A stretch of 64,000 nucleotides of DNA from a virus, in the IMG/VR virus record IMGVR_UViG_3300044641_010328, positions 26,979-90,978 of that record. One strand, written 5' to 3'. Shown here piece after piece: positions 56,920-64,000 of the stretch (position 1 is its first letter; every line of letters starts with the position of its first letter). A model generated the notes under the pieces. It saw only the letters and a list, made by a program, of their open reading frames with translations. It did no database searches and was not told where the DNA came from. The position numbers and the translations under genes are program-made.

Positions 56920-59900
56920 TCAAACAAACTCTACGCCAGCATTCGTGATGATGAAATCGATAGCAATGTACTCAACAGCCCTGGTTGGGACAATTACTAT
57001 TCTTCCATTAAGCTTGTTTTGCTCAATATCAGTCTGCGTGTTATTGGTCTCATCCATTGTAATAGAGAATGTCTCTATTCCGCTTTGGCTCTGGACGAGC
57101 GTCAGCTCAGGTGTGAGCTGGCTCACAAACCTTGCACGAGTTGAAGCTGTGTTTTGCTCAAACACGTACTGGAGTCCTATTCTTGAGACGCGCCTCGCGA
57201 GCTCGATGAGCATGCGCACGACATTGACACGATCAAGAGCAGAACGCGATATCTGCAGCGTCTTCTGTCCAAATATGACGAATCCTGCACCCGGGAATGA
57301 AGTGATCGGATTGATCCTTGCATCATAGAGACTATCTCGATCAGTGCTCGTCAGCCTCGTTGCAAGGCTTGTGACATCTGCAAGTGAAGCTCTGTTGAAT
57401 CCGGCGGGTGCATACCACGGGAATCCAACTTTATCATTCTGAGCAAAAGCGCCCAGTGCAGCGACGGATGCTGGAACTCTGACCCTTCTTCCTGATGTTG
57501 AATCAAGGAGATTCACGTCTGGGAAGTAAACAGCCGCATACCTGTTGTCGATATTTCTACCAGAAAACACCTGGATGGTGTATCCGACATCGGGCTGGAC
57601 TGTAGCATCGAATATCCTTGCGCCCGCATCGCTGTATGCAGGAACATCCATTATGTAGAATGCACGTGCAAAATCTCGGGTCTTCAGCAGCGCATAATTT
57701 GTGATGTTTGGATCCCTAATTCCTGGAATTGTAATTGTGTTTACCTGGGAGTTTAGAGTATCCGTGATGATGTTAATTGCGCCCCTGTAGGAGTTTATTG
57801 CAGAATTCGTTACGCCGGATCCAAAGACGTTGGATGTAGCGCTAACGTTCAGACCTATGTCGGGCGAGGATATTGCCTTGCCGCCAGATTCCTGTGATGA
57901 CCCCTTGTCATTAAGGGCAGACATATCTGGATCTAGGATGTTTGTGCCATCCCAGCCTCCGTACATGACGTTTGTGAACTTTGTGAACTCGCTAAATCTA
58001 TTGAACTGGTAGGACGAAGTGAGTGCACACAGAGATGCAAGCGTCACGCGCGCTGTTGTCTCTCCTGCAAAAGTAATGGTATAATTCGGTGCAGCCGGCT
58101 TGCTTCCTCTGCCGTAGAAGGCATTGATCATGTGCTGGTCAACTGTACCGGTTAGATCTGCTGTAGCACCATTGTAGAATGCCACACGAGCCAGCGTGAA
58201 CTTATTTGAGCAGAATTTATCAGCACCCGATCCAGTCACAAGGGTGTCTAGCTTCTGGATGCCAGCGAATTTGACAATATTGTCGATGAATTCATTTCTG
58301 TATCCGCCTGCATTTGGATTCAGAGTGCTTGTAACTCTCTCTGGCTTCACGCCCCAGTAGAGTCTTGCGTCGACCTGCTCAGATGATCCTGCATCTCCGA
58401 GGAAGGCTCCGGATCCCTTTGTATCACCGGTCGTAACCTTGAATCTCATTGGAACTGGTGGGACAATTGATGAAGTTAGGTCTGTGCTTGCCCCTCGAAC
58501 TGTTAGACGACGAGTCTGTGTTGGTGTGCCAGTGTCAGTAAGGAAATCATTTGTCTTGAGTACTGGCAAGCCGCTGAAACCGAACGGGAGAGCTGCAGAA
58601 GGAACATTTCCCGATTCAACCTGGCTATTCATTACAACCCTGACAAACCTTGAGACGTTTGGATACTTGCCTGATGCAATGAATCTCCTCTCGCTCTCAT
58701 TTGCTGCATCAAAGTTAAAGTAGACTTTCTTGTCTCCGATGACCTTGGCGATGTATCTATCGCTAGCAGGATTCAGATTACAGAGCGGGAACTGCTCAAG
58801 TATTCTGACGTCTGTATCGTTGTCAAAGAAATCCCTAACAACAACCATAAAGGTTCCGTATGGATCTGCAGGATCGTCTGACTTCCTGAGATTTGATATC
58901 GAGATCTTGTACTTTGTGCTTGTGTCAATTCCGCTTCCAATTGTCTCAAAGTGGAAAAGCTCGTATTCCTTGTCGACAAACGGCTGACTGATGAACGAAG
59001 TTGTGCGTGCAGCCTGGAATCTTGCATCAAACTTTCCAAAAGCCCTGACAAACGGAAGAGAAGAATCGCCCGATGCAGCAGAAGTGTCCAGAGATCCGCT
59101 AGCAAGCCCGACTGAATTTGCAGCATTATCAAGCGAGGCAACTGTTGAATCGACAGGAAAGTGCGAGTAGAGAAGATGCTCCTGTGACTGAAATAGTGAA
59201 GGCGAGGTATTAAGGATCTTTGAGATGTAATTTTCACTATCGGGATCAAGCGATGCAGTGTAAATTCTTAGGCATGTCTGACCATCAGCAGTTCCAAATC
59301 CAGGAGAAGAGCTTGATATTACGAGCTTGAACTCCCTTGTTGAAGCACCTGCAGAAGCGATATCATCAGCTGTATTGGCAGTGCTATATGCCTGATTCTC
59401 GTTCATGATCATAGCACGTGTGCCAGACGCAAGAAGCAGGACACCCCTAACTAGATTGACAGTCGAAATTGATCCAACCTCTGGGAATGATTCATTCTGA
59501 GTGAATACAGGGTATGAATCTTCAATATCGCCCGTTGTAACATCGTGTCTTGCCACAATAAGCTGAACGAAACCCTTGCCCCTAAGATCGTTGACAGCAG
59601 CTGTAGTTCCAGAAATAACCATTCCAGCCCCGGCTGTAACTCCCTGCGTCTGTGTATTGAGGATATCTCCTGTCGTAGCGTTTCCACCTGCGCCTAGAAC
59701 TCTAACGAATGTTAGTGCATTTCCGTTCTTGAAATATTCCTGAGCTGCGTAATAGGCAGAGGATCTGTTATTTCCAGCATCTCCGAAAATGTTTGTGAAC
59801 TCGCTTAAGGATGTTACGGTAGTCGGAACAAAAGCCGGACCCATTGGTGAGGTTCCGATAAGACCTGCAGGTGTACCCACGATACCCGCAGTTGGTCCGC

Positions 59901-59955
59901 TTAGATCTATCTCGGCCTCAAAAAATCCAGGGGACCGATAGGTCACTTCTGCCAT
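56920..59955 (-). CDS. tail sheath protein (paralog 1)
   Basis: SPGFF..EID, GPAFVP, PWYAPAGFNR, FGQKTL and LDRVNV.R motifs; start after GGAG. Confidence 0.95.
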   Translation of the reverse strand: MAEVTYRSPGFFEAEIDLSGPTAGIVGTPAGLIGTSPMGPAFVPTTVTSLSEFTNIFGDAGNNRSSAYYAAQEYFKNGNALTFVRVLGAGGNATTGDILNTQTQGVTAGAGMVISGTTAAVNDLRGKGFVQLIVARHDVTTGDIEDSYPVFTQNESFPEVGSISTVNLVRGVLLLASGTRAMIMNENQAYSTANTADDIASAGASTREFKLVISSSSPGFGTADGQTCLRIYTASLDPDSENYISKILNTSPSLFQSQEHLLYSHFPVDSTVASLDNAANSVGLASGSLDTSAASGDSSLPFVRAFGKFDARFQAARTTSFISQPFVDKEYELFHFETIGSGIDTSTKYKISISNLRKSDDPADPYGTFMVVVRDFFDNDTDVRILEQFPLCNLNPASDRYIAKVIGDKKVYFNFDAANESERRFIASGKYPNVSRFVRVVMNSQVESGNVPSAALPFGFSGLPVLKTNDFLTDTGTPTQTRRLTVRGASTDLTSSIVPPVPMRFKVTTGDTKGSGAFLGDAGSSEQVDARLYWGVKPERVTSTLNPNAGGYRNEFIDNIVKFAGIQKLDTLVTGSGADKFCSNKFTLARVAFYNGATADLTGTVDQHMINAFYGRGSKPAAPNYTITFAGETTARVTLASLCALTSSYQFNRFSEFTKFTNVMYGGWDGTNILDPDMSALNDKGSSQESGGKAISSPDIGLNVSATSNVFGSGVTNSAINSYRGAINIITDTLNSQVNTITIPGIRDPNITNYALLKTRDFARAFYIMDVPAYSDAGARIFDATVQPDVGYTIQVFSGRNIDNRYAAVYFPDVNLLDSTSGRRVRVPASVAALGAFAQNDKVGFPWYAPAGFNRASLADVTSLATRLTSTDRDSLYDARINPITSFPGAGFVIFGQKTLQISRSALDRVNVVRMLIELARRVSRIGLQYVFEQNTASTRARFVSQLTPELTLVQSQSGIETFSITMDETNNTQTDIEQNKLNGRIVIVPTRAVEYIAIDFIITNAGVEFV

Positions 59956-60009
59956 TTTCACTCCAGTTGCATTCTTAACAAATACATATCCCGAGAACTA
60001 ATGAAATGA

Positions 60010-61197
60010 CTAATCCTTAGTCTCTTCGATCTGTGTAAGAACTCTTCCGCTAGAAATTTTTTCACCCTGTCTAGGCTCTCTGGTCACAAGAGTTTCGTAT
60101 CTACGTCCCGATTGTGTGTCATCCACAGTTTCGAGGTAGTTATTGTCTCGATTTTCAACCGGTGTACCGTCTTCATTTAGACGCGCGACGTCAGTCAAAA
60201 TAAATGAGTTAACCTTCGCATTTGCACCAGGTGTGTATGGTGGCTCTGCTATTTGCTGTCTGATCTCGTATGTGTCAAAAGTAATGTCAGGTGCTGTGTG
60301 AAATACACGGTAAGGAGTGCTAATTCCGGGATGCTTTGGTGCCAAAATGTATGCAGGAACTCTTATTGAAAAATTGTACTTTATGACCCTTTCTGTTCCT
60401 GAGTAGTTTTCGAAGTTGTCTCCTGATGTAAATGTTCCCATCAAGAATGCAGTAAAAGTGAATCCCTTGTTTGAGACGATGTTGAACTCTCTTCCCTGAC
60501 CGTCTGTCTTGGCCAGCATTGTCTCTAGAAGCTGATTCATCTGTGACATGTACTGAGTCCAGAAAGTGACATCATAATTGAGCTGTACGAAAATCGGGTA
60601 TGGAATTGTTATAACCTCCATGATATTATTTCCAATATCATTATTGAGGGCAAATCCTAGCCTTCCTCCTCCAAATGCAATTCCAGGTCCATTTCTTCTC
60701 GATGTCTTGGTTCCAGGAATTGTTCCCGCGCCTGGTGAGACATCATTTCTAATGAAGTGTCCTCGAGAAGTGACGTTGTCCTGGTTTTTTATTGAAAGCT
60801 TGTTGACTATATTTTGATAATCTCTATCTGACGTATCAAGTCGCTTTCTGATCACATAATCAGTGTTTTGCCTGAATGAGATTGCAGTGCCTCCCGCCTC
60901 TGCTTCGGTCTTGAACCCAATGTTGGACCGCTTGATTGCAATTAGAGGTAGAATTAATGCGTTATTTTTATCACGTATCGGCTTTTGACGCCGAGTCAAT
61001 GCAAACCGCTCACCTGCAGCAAACACGACTGGGACCTTTGTTGTCTGCTCATTGACCTTTATCTCGAATGCAAGGCGCCTATCAAATAGCTCAAATAGGG
61101 CACGATCAACATCCTCAATTCCGCATGACGGAAAAGAAAAGTTTTCAGGTACATTGAACCCTTCGTATCCCTTTTTTAGTTGTTCTTTGGGTGGCAT
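60010..61197 (-). CDS. tail terminator / sheath stabilizer (gp15-like)
   Basis: D.D.A, VPV....GER, LP.I.I.R and P.P....Y....WT....MN motifs; lies between the neck and sheath genes. Confidence 0.75.
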   Translation of the reverse strand: MPPKEQLKKGYEGFNVPENFSFPSCGIEDVDRALFELFDRRLAFEIKVNEQTTKVPVVFAAGERFALTRRQKPIRDKNNALILPLIAIKRSNIGFKTEAEAGGTAISFRQNTDYVIRKRLDTSDRDYQNIVNKLSIKNQDNVTSRGHFIRNDVSPGAGTIPGTKTSRRNGPGIAFGGGRLGFALNNDIGNNIMEVITIPYPIFVQLNYDVTFWTQYMSQMNQLLETMLAKTDGQGREFNIVSNKGFTFTAFLMGTFTSGDNFENYSGTERVIKYNFSIRVPAYILAPKHPGISTPYRVFHTAPDITFDTYEIRQQIAEPPYTPGANAKVNSFILTDVARLNEDGTPVENRDNNYLETVDDTQSGRRYETLVTREPRQGEKISSGRVLTQIEETKD

Positions 61198-61199
61198 CT

Positions 61200-61865
61200 T
61201 TACGACTCATCGTAGAATGAAGATCCAACGCTGTCTGGGTCCCCAAGCGGAGATACTTCTGCAGGGCCTGTGATGGGAGCGTCGAGAACACCGTTTTGCT
61301 GCAAAGCTCGAACATCTCCTGTCTTCCCAAGCTTGTTCTTTTCGTAGCCGCGCTGCTGAACAAACGTCTCCTGGACCGCATCTGGATCGCTGTACCACTC
61401 TGAGGTTGGTCCAAAGATCTTTGAAAGGAACTGTCCTTTTCTCGACTGCTTGCCAGTAATTGTAATAAAGCTTTTGTGCTCAATCTGGCCAAAGATCGTA
61501 TCGGTTCTCGGCGCTTTGACTATTTCAAAGAATGTTTCTCCGTAAGTAAAGAAGTCACCTTCTTTTAGGTCAATTCCCTTGTCAATAAGATCTCTAACCT
61601 GAATGTATGCCTCAACTGTGTAGTATTCTTCTGAACCGAACTTGTTTGTCACGATCTCCTGGGGAGAGTACTTGACGAGGCATTCGAGCTCGATTGGAGT
61701 TTCAAATATCTTGTCAGGAGATTCTTCATATACATCATGCACTTGGGACTTGATCTCGCTGATTGCGAAATAGTAGATCTTCTGTCCAACAACATCCTTG
61801 ACAAGCTCTTTTGCAATATCATTGATGAAGTTTATCTCTCTAGGTGTTACAAATAATCTTGACAT
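61200..61865 (-). CDS. neck / head-closure protein (gp14-like)
   Basis: E....VGQ.I.Y, YEE, EGDF...G..FEI and FGQ motifs. Confidence 0.75.
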   Translation of the reverse strand: MSRLFVTPREINFINDIAKELVKDVVGQKIYYFAISEIKSQVHDVYEESPDKIFETPIELECLVKYSPQEIVTNKFGSEEYYTVEAYIQVRDLIDKGIDLKEGDFFTYGETFFEIVKAPRTDTIFGQIEHKSFITITGKQSRKGQFLSKIFGPTSEWYSDPDAVQETFVQQRGYEKNKLGKTGDVRALQQNGVLDAPITGPAEVSPLGDPDSVGSSFYDES

Positions 61866-61868
61866 CTA

Positions 61869-63044
61869 TCACCCCATGAATATGGCTTTGCCGTTTGGAA
61901 CAGGTATCTTTTGCAATTGCTTGGTTAGATTCTCTGCACGAGTAGCAGCAACTTCAATAAGCTTATCATATGTCAGCGTATCAAGCATCTCCCTCAGCTT
62001 GGTGACAAGATTTGTCTTGTCTTCTCTTCCCTTTCCTATGAGATCAGCACCGTTGAGTGTGACTGTTCCACCGGGAATTGGAATATTTCCAAACTTATTT
62101 CTGATTAATCCGAGCTGCTCCATGCAGAGAGCGATCGTATACTGCCTAATCCACTGCCTTCCTATACTGTTGACTCTTGTGTAGGTGATGTTTCCAAAGG
62201 GAATGTTTGACAAGTTTGAAACGCCGTTTATTGTCTCGTCTCCATAAGCTGGATCAAGTGGATTTGCATAGTATCTGACCCGCACCCAAAGCTTGTTTGG
62301 TACCTCGTTTAGTGTAGGCGTCGGAAAAATTCTTAAACTCGTTCCTATGACTCGATAAGCATAGTTTGATCTTCTAACTCTGTTTGACATATCAAGCATG
62401 CCAGCCCTAAGCACGTCCTCAAACACTGGCAAAACATAGAATATTGTTTCCGGTGTAAATGACTCGAACGAGAAGGCGTTATTGAGGTAGTTAATTGCTG
62501 ATGTAGTGTCAAAGAATCTGTAAGCTGCTTGCGGGCTGAAGTGGAAGACTTCCATTATTCTCATCTTTGTTCTAGGAGATGAGTTGTCACTTCCGCTAAA
62601 GAGCGAAATGCCAGATGAATCGACCAAGTCTGTGTATAGATCGTAATCTTGTCTGCCTGGCTGGAGAGTAATTGATCCAGAATAGTGGTTGTATGATCCT
62701 CCGATTCCTGCTTCAGTGGCATACGGCTCAGCAAATCTCGCGAGATACTCAAGGCTCTCACGCGGCATCTTATTGCTTGCCTCAGCTCCTGATCCCGTGT
62801 TAAATCCAAGATAGGTCAGCATCTGAGATTTTGCTTGATATTGATTCAGGACTGCGCCGTATTCCAGCGATGCTTCTTCGAAGTTTCCCCAGATCATCTT
62901 CTTTGTGAGCTCAACAGACAGAACGTCATCACCTAGCTTTCTCTTGACAAAGGTAATCATCTTGTCTGCTTCATCCTGGAAGGCAGCATCAGAGTCAAAA
63001 ATACCAAATGGAGTAGGATTCAAAGTGGTGCTGAATGTTGACAT
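61869..63044 (-). CDS. neck protein (gp13-like)
   Basis: LG..VL.VEL, WIRQY..AL..E.LG.IR.KF and VTLNG motifs. Confidence 0.85.
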   Translation of the reverse strand: MSTFSTTLNPTPFGIFDSDAAFQDEADKMITFVKRKLGDDVLSVELTKKMIWGNFEEASLEYGAVLNQYQAKSQMLTYLGFNTGSGAEASNKMPRESLEYLARFAEPYATEAGIGGSYNHYSGSITLQPGRQDYDLYTDLVDSSGISLFSGSDNSSPRTKMRIMEVFHFSPQAAYRFFDTTSAINYLNNAFSFESFTPETIFYVLPVFEDVLRAGMLDMSNRVRRSNYAYRVIGTSLRIFPTPTLNEVPNKLWVRVRYYANPLDPAYGDETINGVSNLSNIPFGNITYTRVNSIGRQWIRQYTIALCMEQLGLIRNKFGNIPIPGGTVTLNGADLIGKGREDKTNLVTKLREMLDTLTYDKLIEVAATRAENLTKQLQKIPVPNGKAIFMG

Positions 63045-63078
63045 CGTCACACTCTCAGATATTAGATACATATGCACT

Positions 63079-63113
63079 AAAAAATCATCGCCACCCAAAT
63101 CGGGTGGCGATGA
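63079..63113 (-). terminator. intrinsic terminator
   Basis: TCATCGCCACCC/GGGTGGCGATGA 12-bp stem followed by T6 on the minus strand. Confidence 0.85.
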
Positions 63114-63132
63114 GATTAATGTTTAGAGATTA

Positions 63133-63579
63133 TTACGCGAGTGTGGGGGTATCGTTCGTCCAACCAAACACGTAATAATTGGTGCCATCACCAACTATCG
63201 ATATGTAGTCACCAACTGCTGGGTTGGCGAGTGTAATTGAAGATCTATTTGACACAGCGTTGCGAGCAAGCGTCGTGCCGTTTGTGTTGTCAAAAATGGC
63301 ACCCTGGATCTTGGAACCGCCACCGTTGATGACATGAGCCTGCGCGCTTCCTGCGTGGAAAGTGACATGGAAACCTGCTGCTGTGGCAACAGCTGGAAGC
63401 GTGAATGTCTGAGCTGAACCCGCCACAGGAGCGAGAACTGCGCCGCTGTCATCAAGGGTTAGTGTCGATGTTGTAGCGACAACCTGCTTCTTGGCACCGC
63501 GGATCTCACTTGAGACGTCAAAACCCGAGCCCGATGACTGAACAAGTCCCTTACCGGGAGTGTATGTAACCTTTGGCAT
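63133..63579 (-). CDS. small virion structural/decoration-like protein
   Basis: 148 aa, beta-rich; TL...DSG, TLP and GD....DGTNYYV motifs; AGGAGG RBS. Confidence 0.75.
   Translation of the reverse strand: MPKVTYTPGKGLVQSSGSGFDVSSEIRGAKKQVVATTSTLTLDDSGAVLAPVAGSAQTFTLPAVATAAGFHVTFHAGSAQAHVINGGGSKIQGAIFDNTNGTTLARNAVSNRSSITLANPAVGDYISIVGDGTNYYVFGWTNDTPTLA
63346..63414. repeat. 69-bp exact direct repeat, second copy at 63932..64000
   Basis: gcttcctgcgtgg...gaatgtctgagc is identical in both paralogs; it may extend past the window edge. Confidence 0.9.
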
Positions 63580-63718
63580 GTGAACCTCCTATGCTCCGAA
63601 TGCTTCCAATCCCCTGTCGGTGTCAGGTGTTCACTCAGATTGGGCCTATTGATATCTATAACAGACAACCTTCTTGATTTTGTTCTGTCGTAAAATAATA
63701 TGCTAGAAACAGCGTCAA

Positions 63719-64000
63719 TCAGGCAAGTGTTACTTCGTCTTCACACCAGCCGAACACATAATAGTTAGTTCCATCACCGATGATAGTGAAGTAATCACCA
63801 ACTTCGGCACCTGACAGGGTGATCGAAGATCTATTCGTCACAGCCTGGCGGGCTAGTGTGCTCCCTGCAGTCGCGTGGTAAACTGCACCTTGCATCTTGG
63901 CTCCGCCGCCGTTGATGACGTGGACCTGTGGGCTTCCTGCGTGGAAAGTGACATGGAAACCTGCTGCTGTGGCAACAGCTGGAAGCGTGAATGTCTGAGC
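63719..64000 (-). CDS. paralog of 63133..63579 (5' end outside the window)
   Basis: Hand-translated AQTFTLPAVATAAGFHVTFHAGSPQVHVINGGG...DGTNYYVFGWCEDEVTLA*. Confidence 0.85.
   Translation of the reverse strand, partial: AQTFTLPAVATAAGFHVTFHAGSPQVHVINGGGAKMQGAVYHATAGSTLARQAVTNRSSITLSGAEVGDYFTIIGDGTNYYVFGWCEDEVTLA

Noticed and set aside
63600-63650. TPP-riboswitch-like words (CUGAG, ACCUGA, AGGG)
   Set aside because: Spacing and the P2/P3/P5 elements do not fit the consensus, and the downstream gene is structural.
63133-64000. Diversity-generating retroelement TR/VR pair
   Set aside because: Differences are not adenine-specific, both copies are coding, and no reverse transcriptase is present in the window.
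1-64000. Stop-codon reassignment, CRISPR array, introns/inteins, IS elements
   Set aside because: TAA, TAG and TGA all end genes at expected lengths. Intergenic gaps are too short for arrays. DnaE, NrdJ, helicase and RecA are of normal size with no visible intein motifs.

Overview
This is a 64 kb internal segment of a large (jumbo-type) contractile-tailed dsDNA phage with T4-like neck, tail and replication genes. It uses the standard genetic code and essentially every credible gene is on the minus strand. In transcription order (right to left) it carries: neck, tail-terminator, two tandem tail-sheath, tube, chaperone, tape-measure and baseplate genes (64-43 kb); a replication block with a minimal family-A polymerase, SSB, RecA, 5'-3' exonuclease, helicase, NrdJ and ClpP; glutamine synthetase II, canonical ThyX, and MBD4-like and Fpg glycosylases; two dCTPase/dUTPase-like genes and a second, catalytically altered ThyX; fibre-like structural genes, a J-domain protein and a nucleoside deoxyribosyltransferase-like gene; DnaE coupled to a dNMP-kinase/thymidylate-synthase-like fusion, an NDP-sugar epimerase, TK, a DHH phosphoesterase and dCMP deaminase; SOD among acidic putative head-internal proteins; and a second 5'-3' exonuclease and GroEL (cut by the window edge). 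The strongest candidate for an undescribed system is a cytosine-substitution (DNA base modification) pathway. Its proposed parts are the kinase-TS fusion with the dCMP-type Asp, the ThyX paralog with Ser->Cys and no folate-binding His, the dCTPase-like genes, the sugar epimerase and the G:T/U repair enzymes. Other notable signals are recurring hairpins that hide the RBS/AUG with a promoter-like motif in the loop, a four-way-junction leader, a +1/-2 frameshift site in the tail chaperone, and duplicated sheath genes. All family calls are by-eye motif recognition; no searches were run.
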